Positions 19,747 through 29,433 are shown, numbered from the stretch's first letter. The stretch: 64,000 nt of DNA from Pseudomonadota bacterium (GCA_018362935.1 JAHALQ010000001.1:18378-82377); one strand, 5' to 3'. Made by a program: numbers and translations. The notes: generated by a model from the letters alone, not told the origin.

Positions 19747-21441
19747 CTATTTCTCCTCTTTTGAAGCAGGGTTGTTGTCAACCAGTTTGTCCAGGTATTC
19801 TTGCTCAAAAAACTTGAGGGTCGAAAGAACCGGATTCGGCGCCGTCTGTCCCAAGCCGCACAACGAGGCTTTCTGCATGGCCGTCGCCACTCGTTTCAAA
19901 TCAGCCAAATCCTGTTTAGTGCCTTTGCCCTTGTTGATTTTCTCAAGCAGCAGCAGCATCTGTTTGCCGCCGATACGGCAGGGCGCGCATTTGCCGCAGG
20001 ATTCGTCGACCGTAAAGTCCAGATAAAAGTTTGCCAGCCCGGCCATATCCTGCGTATCGTCAATGACAATCATGCCGCCGGAACCCATAATCGAGCCGAC
20101 TTTTTTAAGTTCTTCGTAACATACCGGCAAATCGAGCTTGTCTGCCGGAATAACGCCGCCGGAAGGCCCGCCGGTCTGAACGGCTTTGAGCTTTTTGCCG
20201 TTTGGTACGCCGCCGCCGATTTCATTGACTATCTCGTTGATTGTCGTTCCCATCGGCACTTCAATCAACCCGGAATGCTCGACTTGTCCGGTCAGGGCAA
20301 AAACTTTGGTACCTTTGGAAGTATCTGTACCAAAAGAAGCAAACCAGTCAGCGCCCTTGAGAATAATCTTCGGCACGTTGCCGAGCGTTTCCACGTTATT
20401 GACGCAGGACGGCTTGCCCCACAGTCCTTTGTTGGTCGGATACGGCGGGCGCGGACGCGGCGTGCCGCGGGCGCCTTCAATAGAGTGAATCAGAGCCGTT
20501 TCCTCGCCACAGACAAAAGCGCCGGCGCCAAGACGGATATCAATATTAAAACAGAAATCCGTGCCCATGATGTTGTTGCCGAGCAAACGGTTTTTCTTAC
20601 AGGCCTTGATTGCTTTTTCAAGCCGTTCAACCGCCAGCGGATATTCGGCGCGGACATAGAACCAGCCTTCGGTTGCGCCGATGGCATAGGCCGCAATCAT
20701 CATGCCTTCGATAACCGAGTGCGGGTCGCCTTCCAGAATGGAGCGGTCCATATAAGCGCCGGGGTCGCCCTCATCTCCGTTGCAGATGATAAACTTCTCG
20801 TCAATCGTCGGCACCTTGGAAGCAAATTCCCACTTCATACCGGTTGAAAAACCGCCGCCGCCGCGACCGCGCAGGCCGGATTTCTTAATTTCCTCAACTA
20901 CCTGTGCCGGAGTCATCGTTTTGAGCACTTTCTCCAGAGCCAGATACCCGCCGTGCGCCATGTATTCGGTAATATCCTCGGGATCCATATGCCCGGCGTC
21001 TTTCAGCACGACTTTTTCCTGTTTGGTAAAAAACGGCAAATCCAAAGACAAAACGTGTTCCTGCAAAAACTGCGGCACTTCAAAAACTTCGCCTTCTCCG
21101 GCTTTCAGAGCCGGAACAACATGTTCAGTCACAATCAGGCGCGCCACCAGCGGCTCGATTCGTTTATACAAAACGTCTTTCTGCCCCTTAATCTCAACGC
21201 GTACCAACGGCCCCTGGGCACACAGCCCCATACAGCCGGTGGAAACCACGCGGACTTTGTCTTCCACGCCGTGATCGGCAACCGCGTTGCGGATTAAGTC
21301 AATGATTTCGTCGCTGCCCGAAGACTTACAGCCTGTCGAATGGCAGCAGTAAATACTGCACTGAAAACGCTCAAGGTCGTTAAGCTTGTTTTTAGCGATT
21401 TCGTGAATGTCAAATCTCTTGTCCAAGTCCGTATCAGCCAT
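19747..21441 (-). CDS. hydB: NADH-binding flavoprotein subunit of the bifurcating hydrogenase (NuoF-like, HydB).
   Basis: 564 aa. GGGGFSTG FMN motif, NAD(H) site GxGxxG, CGKCAPCRIG 4Fe-4S motif, and an N-terminal thioredoxin-like 2Fe-2S extension. Confidence 0.85.
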   Translation of the reverse strand: MADTDLDKRFDIHEIAKNKLNDLERFQCSIYCCHSTGCKSSGSDEIIDLIRNAVADHGVEDKVRVVSTGCMGLCAQGPLVRVEIKGQKDVLYKRIEPLVARLIVTEHVVPALKAGEGEVFEVPQFLQEHVLSLDLPFFTKQEKVVLKDAGHMDPEDITEYMAHGGYLALEKVLKTMTPAQVVEEIKKSGLRGRGGGGFSTGMKWEFASKVPTIDEKFIICNGDEGDPGAYMDRSILEGDPHSVIEGMMIAAYAIGATEGWFYVRAEYPLAVERLEKAIKACKKNRLLGNNIMGTDFCFNIDIRLGAGAFVCGEETALIHSIEGARGTPRPRPPYPTNKGLWGKPSCVNNVETLGNVPKIILKGADWFASFGTDTSKGTKVFALTGQVEHSGLIEVPMGTTINEIVNEIGGGVPNGKKLKAVQTGGPSGGVIPADKLDLPVCYEELKKVGSIMGSGGMIVIDDTQDMAGLANFYLDFTVDESCGKCAPCRIGGKQMLLLLEKINKGKGTKQDLADLKRVATAMQKASLCGLGQTAPNPVLSTLKFFEQEYLDKLVDNNPASKEEK

Positions 21442-21932
21442 TATTTATGCTCCTCGTCTTCGCTCAGTTTTTTGCGCCATTCTTCCAAAATTCCGCGCAC
21501 GTCGGTGGGCGTCAGGCGTCCGTAAGTCTTGCCGTTGACCACGCAGACCGGCGCCAGTCCGCAGCAGCCGACGCAGCGCACGCTCTGCAAATGGAACATG
21601 CGATCGGGCGTGCTTTCGCCTTCGCCGATTCCCAGTTCTTTTTTGAATTCTTCTAAAACTTTGTCGTTGCCTTTTAAATAACAAGCCGTACCTGTACAAA
21701 CTGAGATAACGGCTTTTCCCGGAGCATCGAGCTTAAAAAAGTTATAAAAAGTCAGAACTTCGTAAATCCTGGCCAGCGGTATACCCATTCCCACCGCAAG
21801 ATCCATGGCGTCTTCCCAAGGAACAAAGCCTTTGACGCCCTGAATTTCGTGCAGAGCCATAATTAAAGAACCGCGCTTCTTGCGCCATTTGGCAGCAACC
21901 TGAGCGCCCAGAGAATTCCCGTCCATTAACAT
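21441..21932 (-). CDS. hydC: NuoE-like 2Fe-2S subunit (HydC).
   Basis: 163 aa. Thioredoxin-like [2Fe-2S] ferredoxin fold with CxxxxC...CxxxC (CTGTACYL...CVGCCGLAPV). Confidence 0.85.
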   Translation of the reverse strand: MLMDGNSLGAQVAAKWRKKRGSLIMALHEIQGVKGFVPWEDAMDLAVGMGIPLARIYEVLTFYNFFKLDAPGKAVISVCTGTACYLKGNDKVLEEFKKELGIGEGESTPDRMFHLQSVRCVGCCGLAPVCVVNGKTYGRLTPTDVRGILEEWRKKLSEDEEHK

Positions 21933-22087
21933 CTCCTTATGTTTGCGTTGATTTATGGGATAATCATATCGGCAAAAATTTTTCCGTTCAAGCGGATTCG
22001 CTTTTCACACACCCGATTTCTTTATTTTCCGGGCAATTTATAAAAAAAGCCCTAATTTATACCAAAATTTCATATATTTTTTATAAT

Positions 22088-23263
22088 ATGCTGAAAAAAG
22101 ATGTTTCTAAATCATATAAAATGGTTATAATCGTCGGCATGAAAAAACTAAACTTATATATAACCAAACAAATTGTTGTCGGTTTTTTGCTGGTTGCTTT
22201 CTGTCTTATGTCGATTATCTGGCTCACGCAGTCGCTGCGTTTTATTGAGCTGATTACCAACAAAGGCATATCGCTCGGCATTTTTGTAGAAATGACGTCG
22301 CTGCTGATGCCCCGCATTTTTACCATTCTGGCGCCGATATCTTTGTTTGCCGCCGTGCTGTTTGTCTACAACCGCATGCTGTCCGACCGTGAACTCTCCG
22401 TCATGAAAGCGGCCGGAATCAGCCCGTGGGAAAACGCCAAACCGGCGCTGTTGGTCGGTCTGGTTATGGCCGTGTTCAACATATATGTCATGAATTTCGG
22501 CATCCCCGCCGCCGAAAACGCGTTTAACGATTTGGAATGGCAGGTCAAAAACGACGTTTCGCAGCTGATGTTCCGCGAAGGAGAATTTACCGCCATTCAA
22601 CAGGATCTGACCTTGTTTATCACCACTCACGAACCGGACGGCTCTGTCGGCGGAATTCTGATTAATGATGACCGCAACCCCAAAACCCGCTCGACCGTTT
22701 CGGCCGAGCTGGGACGCATCGTTCATACCAAAAAAGGCCCGCGCATCATTCTTGTGCACGGCAGCCGGCAGGAACTTGACCGCAAAACCAACCAGTTCAG
22801 CTCGGTCACTTTCGACCGCTATTCGGTCGATTTCGGCGCCAAAGAGAGCAAAGCGCGCAAAGCCGCCGGCGTCCGGGAAAAAACGCTCGGAGAACTGCTC
22901 GGCGCCTTAGATAATAAATCCCTCTCGCCCGAAGATGCGCGCCGTTGGTTTGTCGAAGGCAATAAACGCTTTACAACCCCTCTGCTAAATCTGGTCTACG
23001 CCCTGATTGCCTGCACCGGTCTGCTGGTCGGCAACTTCAACCGCCGCGGGCAGATTAAACTCATTTCCTATTCGGTCGGCGGCATGGTGCTGATTCAGGC
23101 TTTTGACCTGGCGCTGGGCAATCTTGCCGCCAAAAACCTATATTGGCTGATTCCGATGTATCTCAATTTAATTCTGCCTTGTCTCATCTGCCTGTGGCTG
23201 CTGTTTTTTTACACTCCGACCCTTTTCAGGAAACGGCGCCGCTTAATCCCCGGGGAGCGTTAA
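22088..23263 (+). CDS. lptF: LPS export permease LptF/LptG family (YjgP/YjgQ).
   Basis: 391 aa six-TM permease family. Its TAATG overlaps the lptD start. The paired second permease is not in the window. Confidence 0.7.
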   Translation: MLKKDVSKSYKMVIIVGMKKLNLYITKQIVVGFLLVAFCLMSIIWLTQSLRFIELITNKGISLGIFVEMTSLLMPRIFTILAPISLFAAVLFVYNRMLSDRELSVMKAAGISPWENAKPALLVGLVMAVFNIYVMNFGIPAAENAFNDLEWQVKNDVSQLMFREGEFTAIQQDLTLFITTHEPDGSVGGILINDDRNPKTRSTVSAELGRIVHTKKGPRIILVHGSRQELDRKTNQFSSVTFDRYSVDFGAKESKARKAAGVREKTLGELLGALDNKSLSPEDARRWFVEGNKRFTTPLLNLVYALIACTGLLVGNFNRRGQIKLISYSVGGMVLIQAFDLALGNLAAKNLYWLIPMYLNLILPCLICLWLLFFYTPTLFRKRRRLIPGER

Positions 23264-25509
23264 TGGATAAAAAGCTCCTTTACATGTTGTTTGGCGTCCC
23301 GTTCATCGGCCTCAACCTTGCCCAGGCCGATGAAAGCATTGTCACGCCCGACACCCGTAAAGCCATATCCGAGACAACCGGCAATAAAAAAGTCAAATGG
23401 TCGCCCAAAGTCAACATGACCGACGTGCTCGCTGCGCCGGAACCGCAAAAGACGGAAAAGGACGAGCAGGAAATTTACTTTGCCGCCGACGAAGTCGAAA
23501 ACAATCAGGAGCAAAGCCTCATTACCGCCTCCGGACATGTTGAAATTATCCGCGGCAATCTCACGCTTTATGCCGACAAAGTTGTCTACAACCAAAAAGA
23601 AGATACGGTCACCGCCGTCGGCAATGTCGTCTTGGTTGAAAAAGACGGTTCGGTCGTGTTTGCGGACTATTCCGAACTTAACAACCATATGACCGAAGGC
23701 GAAATGAAAAACATCAAGGTCATCATGGCCGACCAAAGCCGGATGGCCGCCAGCTCGTTTGAACGAAAGGGAGAAGACAAAAAAGTCCTGCGCAACGCCG
23801 TTTATACGCCCTGCGACGCCTGCCGCGGCTCGAATCCGCTGTGGCAGATTAAAGCGACCAAAGTCATTCATGATGCCGAAAACAAAAACGTCAACTACCA
23901 GAATGCCTTTGTCGAAATCAAAGGCACGCCGGTTTTCTACACGCCTTATTTGTCGCATCCGGATCCGACTGTCAAACGCCGTTCCGGTTTTCTTTTCCCG
24001 CGCATTATGTCCAATTCCTACCTTGGCGGCGCCGTTCAGGGGCAGTATTTCTGGAGCATTGACGACCAGCAGGATTTGCTGTTCAACCCGATTGTCACCA
24101 CTGACAAAGGCATTGTATACAGCGGCGCGTTCAACAAATATCTTTATAACGGCAATATGTCGGTTTCCGGCTCTTTCCTGAAAGACAACGACGAAAACCG
24201 CAACCGCGGCAATATTTTTGCTTACGGCCGCTATGAGATTAACGATTACTGGGTCGCCGACACCGACATCAATTATGCCTCCGACAACAATTATCTCAAA
24301 GACCTCAACCTGCCCAAGCGCGATGATACCTGGCTGACATCCCGCGCCCGTCTGCAGGGTTTTGACAATCGTAACTACGCCGCGTTGGAAGCCTATTACT
24401 ACAAAATTTTAAGTTATGATTTGCGCTATGCCAACCGCCCGATGGTACTGCCTTTGTTCAATTATGAAAACATCAGCGATCCGGATCGTTACGGCGCCTA
24501 TACCAAAACTAACCTCAGTTTTGCTTCCGTCACGCATGAAGAAGACAATTCGAGCCAGCGCGCGTCAATGATTAATTCATGGAATCTGCCTTATACCAGC
24601 CCCTACGGCGAAAAATACAAATTGGTTGCTTCGTTAAAATCCGATTTTTACTATGTCGACAATTATGTTTATGAAGACGACGAGCCTTTTACCGGCACCG
24701 CCGCGCGCATATTCCCTCAGGTCGGGTTGGAATGGCGGCTGCCTTTCATCCGCGCCACCGAAGATTCGCGGCAGATTATCGAGCCGATTATCGTTGCCGC
24801 AATTGCCCCGAACCAGAGTAACAAGCCCGAGAAGATTCCTAATGAAGACAGCCAGGACGTTGAACTGAACGACACCAACATTCTCAACCTTGACCGTTAT
24901 TCCGGGTATGACCGCAATGATACCGGCAGCCGCATCAGCTATGGTTTCAACTGGAGTGCATACGGCAACCGCTACGGCCGTACTTCATTTTTGCTGGCGC
25001 AGAGCTATGAATTTGATAAAGACGAAAGTTTTGCCCAATCCGACAACCAGAGCGGTTCATTTACCGACTATGTCGGACGCGTATACGCTTCGCCTAATGA
25101 ATATTTTGACTTAAATTATCGTTTTAAACTTGATAAAGAAGATTTTGACGTCACATACAGCGAATTGTCTGCCGGATTAGGCCCGCAGATTCTGCGTCTC
25201 TACTTGGGCTATACCTATTTCCAGGCCAATGAAACATCTTCAATTCAGAATCAGGAACGAAAAGAACTTTATACCGGAATCAAGAGCCGGCTGACCAAAA
25301 ACTGGTCTGTCAGCGTCTATAACCGCGAGGACCTTGCGCCGAACGGCGGCTCGCTTGAATACGGCGGCTTCCTGACCTATGAAGACGAATGCACCAGATT
25401 GATTTTCAACATTGAAAAAGACAACTCGAACGACCCCGATTATAAAGGCGATTTTGAATTCGGCTTTACCTTCTTCCTCAAAACTCTTGGCGGAACCGGA
25501 ACCAAGTAA
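23263..25509 (+). CDS. lptD: LPS assembly outer-membrane protein LptD (OstA).
   Basis: Signal peptide MDKKLLYMLFGVPFIGLNLAQA, an OstA N-domain and a large beta-barrel. Conserved lptD-surA-ksgA order. Confidence 0.85.
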   Translation: MDKKLLYMLFGVPFIGLNLAQADESIVTPDTRKAISETTGNKKVKWSPKVNMTDVLAAPEPQKTEKDEQEIYFAADEVENNQEQSLITASGHVEIIRGNLTLYADKVVYNQKEDTVTAVGNVVLVEKDGSVVFADYSELNNHMTEGEMKNIKVIMADQSRMAASSFERKGEDKKVLRNAVYTPCDACRGSNPLWQIKATKVIHDAENKNVNYQNAFVEIKGTPVFYTPYLSHPDPTVKRRSGFLFPRIMSNSYLGGAVQGQYFWSIDDQQDLLFNPIVTTDKGIVYSGAFNKYLYNGNMSVSGSFLKDNDENRNRGNIFAYGRYEINDYWVADTDINYASDNNYLKDLNLPKRDDTWLTSRARLQGFDNRNYAALEAYYYKILSYDLRYANRPMVLPLFNYENISDPDRYGAYTKTNLSFASVTHEEDNSSQRASMINSWNLPYTSPYGEKYKLVASLKSDFYYVDNYVYEDDEPFTGTAARIFPQVGLEWRLPFIRATEDSRQIIEPIIVAAIAPNQSNKPEKIPNEDSQDVELNDTNILNLDRYSGYDRNDTGSRISYGFNWSAYGNRYGRTSFLLAQSYEFDKDESFAQSDNQSGSFTDYVGRVYASPNEYFDLNYRFKLDKEDFDVTYSELSAGLGPQILRLYLGYTYFQANETSSIQNQERKELYTGIKSRLTKNWSVSVYNREDLAPNGGSLEYGGFLTYEDECTRLIFNIEKDNSNDPDYKGDFEFGFTFFLKTLGGTGTK

Positions 25510-25527
25510 CCCTGAAAGGATTTAGAC

Positions 25528-26442
25528 ATGAAAAGACTTCTCACTTTACTCGGACTGTGTATGATACTGAGCCAGCCGGCACAGGCTGCCGCATTAAAAA
25601 TTGTTGCGCTGGTAAACGGAGAGATTATCTCTTCGGAAGATTTCCAAAGCCAGCTCAAATCTTTTATGATGAATACCCGCATACCGATGAATGCCCAAAC
25701 CCGGAGCATGATAATGCAGAAAGTCCTCAACTCGGCAATTGACGAAAAACTTAAACTGCAGGAGGCTGAAAAAAACGGCATTGCGATTACCGAAGACGAA
25801 ATTAAAGCCCAGCTTCGCAATATAGAGAAAAAAAGCAACATTCCCGCCGGGCAGCTCAGCAAAATCCTCAAAGAAGCCGACGTCAATCCGCAAACCGTCC
25901 ATGAACAAATTAAATCAGACCTCGCGTGGCTGCGCCTGATTCGCAAAAAATATTATTTGGAAGGCACGCCGACGCAGAAAGAAATCAACGCCGCCCTCAA
26001 AGAAGCGCAGGAAGATTTGAGCACGCCGAAATTTTCGGTTTCGGAAATATATATCAAAAAAGACCACGCCAAAAACCTTTCCGATTTGGTCTATAACTTG
26101 CGCAATGATGACCGTTTTGAGCTTTATGCGATGCAGTTTTCCGACAGCCCCAGCGCCGCCAACGGCGGAAACCTCGGCTGGGTCAATACCGGCAAACTCC
26201 CGTCCGCGCTGGAAGGCCGCCTCAAGAAAATGAAACCCGGCGATATTTCCGAACCTGTTCAGGTCGGCGACGGTTATTACATCCTCAAGCTGAATCAAAC
26301 TTTCAACCCCAAGACGGACAAACCGCAGATTCCCTCTTCCAAAGAGATTCAAACCATGCTGGAAAACCAGAAAATGGAAGCTTTGAGCAAAAAGCTGCTT
26401 CAGGACTTGCGCCAAAAAGCCGTTATTGAAATTCGGAGCTGA
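25528..26442 (+). CDS. surA: Periplasmic chaperone/peptidyl-prolyl isomerase SurA.
   Basis: Signal peptide, SurA N-domain, and one parvulin domain (GGNLGWV...GYYILKL). Confidence 0.85.
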   Translation: MKRLLTLLGLCMILSQPAQAAALKIVALVNGEIISSEDFQSQLKSFMMNTRIPMNAQTRSMIMQKVLNSAIDEKLKLQEAEKNGIAITEDEIKAQLRNIEKKSNIPAGQLSKILKEADVNPQTVHEQIKSDLAWLRLIRKKYYLEGTPTQKEINAALKEAQEDLSTPKFSVSEIYIKKDHAKNLSDLVYNLRNDDRFELYAMQFSDSPSAANGGNLGWVNTGKLPSALEGRLKKMKPGDISEPVQVGDGYYILKLNQTFNPKTDKPQIPSSKEIQTMLENQKMEALSKKLLQDLRQKAVIEIRS

Positions 26443-26443
26443 C

Positions 26444-27295
26444 ATGCCTGAACTTGCGCAAATTATCGCCTCGCTGCCGTCACTGCGGCTGACGGTTGAC
26501 GCCCACGGCCTGATGGCCAAAAAAACGCTTGGGCAGAATTTTTTGCTCGATTCCAATATAACCGATAAAATCATCCGTTCGTCGCTCGAAGCGCAGAACA
26601 AAAAGTCGTTTTCAGGCTGCCATGTTTATGAGATCGGCCCGGGACCGGGCGGCCTGACCCGTTCAATCCTGAAAGCCGAACCGCAGCAGCTGACGGTAAT
26701 AGAAATGGATGAACGCTGCGTCAAAATTATGGAAGAAATCCGCGGCAAAACCGGCGACATTATGGAGATTGTCAACGGCGACGCACTCAAATATGACTTT
26801 GCCCAGACCGAAGAACTGCCCAAACAGATAATATCAAACCTGCCCTATAACATTTCAGTGCCGCTGCTGACGCGCTGGCTGGCGGATATCAGTCGCTATA
26901 ACGCCTTGACGCTGATGTTTCAGAAAGAAGTTGCCGACCGAATTACCGCGCCGCTGCGCACCAAAGACTACGGCCGGATTTCGATTCTCGCCCAGCTGCA
27001 GTGTAAGATTACGCGGCTTTTTGACCTCAATCCCGAATGTTTTGTTCCGGCACCCAAAATCTGGTCAAGCGTGTTGCTGTTTGAACCGCTGCCCCAACCT
27101 CTGGCGCCGGCGCAGATACAAAAGCTTGAAAAGCTGACCGCACAGGCTTTTGCCCAGCGCCGCAAGATGATTCGCCAAAGTCTCAAGTCCATTCCGGAAT
27201 TGGAGCAAAAATGCGCGGCTGCCGGCATTCCCCTGACCGCCCGGCCTGAAGAAATTTCTCCGCGGCATTTCTTGGAGCTCTCCGCCCGAATATAG
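26444..27295 (+). CDS. rsmA: 16S rRNA (adenine1518/1519-N6)-dimethyltransferase RsmA/KsgA.
   Basis: GQNFLLD motif and a SAM-binding region. Start MPELAQ lies 2 nt after the surA stop. Confidence 0.9.
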   Translation: MPELAQIIASLPSLRLTVDAHGLMAKKTLGQNFLLDSNITDKIIRSSLEAQNKKSFSGCHVYEIGPGPGGLTRSILKAEPQQLTVIEMDERCVKIMEEIRGKTGDIMEIVNGDALKYDFAQTEELPKQIISNLPYNISVPLLTRWLADISRYNALTLMFQKEVADRITAPLRTKDYGRISILAQLQCKITRLFDLNPECFVPAPKIWSSVLLFEPLPQPLAPAQIQKLEKLTAQAFAQRRKMIRQSLKSIPELEQKCAAAGIPLTARPEEISPRHFLELSARI

Positions 27296-27324
27296 TTTTT
27301 TGACAAAATACACAAAAAAACCTC

Positions 27325-27353
27325 TTGATTTTTGTCTGACAAAATGCTATTTT
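27325..27353 (+). promoter_or_regulatory. Strong sigma-70-like promoter: TTGATT, 17 nt, TATTTT.
   Basis: Upstream of the 27453 gene. A related TTGACAAAAT / CTGACAAAAT direct repeat sits at 27300 and 27336. Confidence 0.35.
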
Positions 27354-27452
27354 CTCTGTATTCGATTAGGTACAAGTTAAACATTATTATTCACCGATGA
27401 CTTTGATTGAAAGATAATTACTTTCCTCTTTGTCATCACAAAAACCCAAGTT

Positions 27453-27974
27453 ATGGACACTAAAAGAATTACCAGCAAAAAAGCCGCCCAAGCAGCTTTC
27501 GAAAAAGAGTTTGCAACTTTGGCCTGCGCCCTCAACCCGGCCAGTCAGTTTTTCTCCGGCTACGAATTCGTCCGCCAGAAAATTCAGCTGAACGGCGGTG
27601 AACCTTTCATGGCGTATATCGCTCATGACAACAAAATGGAAAACACCATGGTTGTCCCCTGCAACGGTGATACGCCGACGATAGAAGACTTCAAGGACAT
27701 TCACGTTATAAAAGCCGTGAATACGCCCGAAGAAGCCAAAGAGGCTTTTATCGCAGAATTCGGTTCACTGGCAAGAGTGCTCAACCCGGCAAGCGAAGCT
27801 TACATGGGCTTCCGTTTCCGCCAAAAGACCATAGAGGTCGACGGCGAAGTCTTCAAGGCCTTTATGGCCAACAGCGAAGACAAGAAGACCACGTTCATCG
27901 TCCCGGTCGACGGCACCGTGCCCAGTATCAAGGACTACAAAGAAGTCGTACTGGTAAATAGAAAAAAAGCATAA
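27453..27974 (+). CDS. Hypothetical protein made of two tandem homologous domains of about 82 aa.
   Basis: The repeats align at about 40% identity (AQAAFEKEFATLACALNPASQ... against AKEAFIAEFGSLARVLNPASE...). The gene has its own promoter and a strong terminator. Confidence 0.6.
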   Translation: MDTKRITSKKAAQAAFEKEFATLACALNPASQFFSGYEFVRQKIQLNGGEPFMAYIAHDNKMENTMVVPCNGDTPTIEDFKDIHVIKAVNTPEEAKEAFIAEFGSLARVLNPASEAYMGFRFRQKTIEVDGEVFKAFMANSEDKKTTFIVPVDGTVPSIKDYKEVVLVNRKKA

Positions 27975-28004
27975 GTCCGAAGCGTACTTAACCGCAAACG
28001 CTTC

Positions 28005-28046
28005 AGAGAGCCATTCCCGTCACAGACGGCCGGCTCTCTTTTTTTA
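28005..28046 (+). terminator. Rho-independent terminator.
   Basis: AGAGAGCC...GGCTCTCT stem with a nested CCGTC/GACGG stem, followed by TTTTTTT. Confidence 0.65.
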
Positions 28047-28129
28047 TGCGCAAAATTTCCCTGACCTAAAAAAAGCAGAAAAGACGACTATATTGCTGGT
28101 ATAAAAGTTATATTCAGGGAATTTTCACC

Positions 28130-28762
28130 ATGGAAGAATTGGGCAGAGCCATTATGCTTGATGAAGACAAGGTTTTCCTCAAGCTGTACCGGCATTTTCT
28201 GGAAACCAGAGGCTACAACGTCTTTACAACCGACAACCCGTATAAATTATTGCTGTACGGCCGCGAGATTATGCCGGAAATTATCTTTATGGACATAAAC
28301 CTGCCGCGCCGCAATAACTGGGAATTTCTCAGAAAGATTAGTCATGAAGATTGGATGAGGGATATCCCTGTCATTATCATGAGTTTGGAAAACCTTTCAG
28401 AAAATGAAGAACTATCGCAAATTGCCAATTTTTTAGACAAGAAAGCGGCCATCGAAAAAATTGTCGAACTTCTGGAAACTTATTGCCGCGGCGGGCAGGA
28501 CCATGATATTTTCATACTTACCGACTATTCGCCGCAGCTGGAACAGGAGCTTGCCGTTATCAAAAAACGGCACCACAGCTTCTTTATCGCTCACGACCTT
28601 AAAGGCTCATGCAAATACCTGTCAAAAAACAAGCCGCGCAAAATTGCCGTCAAATATTCTCCCGAACGTTTTAACACGGTCAAAGACAAATTGCCGGAAA
28701 AAAATGTCTACCGCGTCGATTCGATTCCCGAAATAGAAAAATTAGCCGACGACATTAAATAA
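28130..28762 (+). CDS. Orphan response-regulator receiver-domain protein with an uncharacterised C-terminal domain.
   Basis: CheY-like N-terminus: acidic pocket LDEDK, phospho-Asp in FMDINLP, S in IIMSL, K in FLDKK. The roughly 90 C-terminal residues have no recognisable motif. Confidence 0.55.
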   Translation: MEELGRAIMLDEDKVFLKLYRHFLETRGYNVFTTDNPYKLLLYGREIMPEIIFMDINLPRRNNWEFLRKISHEDWMRDIPVIIMSLENLSENEELSQIANFLDKKAAIEKIVELLETYCRGGQDHDIFILTDYSPQLEQELAVIKKRHHSFFIAHDLKGSCKYLSKNKPRKIAVKYSPERFNTVKDKLPEKNVYRVDSIPEIEKLADDIK

Positions 28763-28780
28763 ATTTTTATGTTTCCGTTT

Positions 28781-28814
28781 TATAATTCCTTTGTCGTGCA
28801 ACAAAGGAATTATA
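28781..28814. promoter_or_regulatory. Perfect 14-bp palindrome (TATAATTCCTTTGT-cgtgca-ACAAAGGAATTATA) ending 2 nt before the dedA ATG.
   Basis: Read directly. Could be an intrinsic terminator or attenuator, or an operator. Confidence 0.4.
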
Positions 28815-28815
28815 A

Positions 28816-29433
28816 ATGACTCTTCTAAAAAGTTTTTTCGGCTTCTTTCACAAAATCATACATGCAACTTACAACGGCATGCTGGCATTGTCTTCTTCGC
28901 CGCGCGCCATGCTTTTTTTGTTTATTGTGGCGTTTGCCGAAAGTTCTTTTTTCCCGATTCCGCCCGACATCATGATTATTCCCATGGTTCTTGCTACGCC
29001 GAACAAAGCATGGCGCATTGCCGGCCTGGCAACTCTTGCCAGCGTTCTCGGCGGCTATTTCGGATACGGTATCGGCGTTTTCTTATTTGACCAGATTGCC
29101 AAACCTTTGCTGTCGTTCTACGGCTATCTGCACCAGTTTGACGTTTTCAAAGACTACTATCACCAATGGGGAGCTTGGATTGTTTTCGGCGCCGGTATCA
29201 CGCCTTTCCCCTATAAGGTCATCACCATTGCCAGCGGTGTTGTCGGCCTGAATATCTTCACATTCACAATTGCCTCAATCATTGCCCGCGGCATGCGATT
29301 TTACCTGATTGCCTGGCTGCTTAAAAAATACGGCGCGCCGATGAAAATATTTATCGAAAAAAACCTCGGCATTTTATCCGTTTTGTTTTTGGTTTTGCTC
29401 ATCGGCGGTTTTGTGCTGATAAAATACGTCTAA
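28816..29433 (+). CDS. DedA/YqaA family membrane protein.
   Basis: 205 aa. SNARE-associated / DedA pattern (FFPIPPDIMIIP ... GxxxGxxxG). Confidence 0.75.
   Translation: MTLLKSFFGFFHKIIHATYNGMLALSSSPRAMLFLFIVAFAESSFFPIPPDIMIIPMVLATPNKAWRIAGLATLASVLGGYFGYGIGVFLFDQIAKPLLSFYGYLHQFDVFKDYYHQWGAWIVFGAGITPFPYKVITIASGVVGLNIFTFTIASIIARGMRFYLIAWLLKKYGAPMKIFIEKNLGILSVLFLVLLIGGFVLIKYV

Noticed and set aside
19070-20847. 318-aa and 348-aa + strand ORFs
   Set aside because: Antisense to hydA and hydB, which have strong family motifs.
21933-22087. Possible FNR/CRP-type site (TTGATTTATGGGATAATCA) in the hydC/lptF divergent region
   Set aside because: The half-site spacing does not match TTGAT-N4-ATCAA. Not supportable from the sequence alone.
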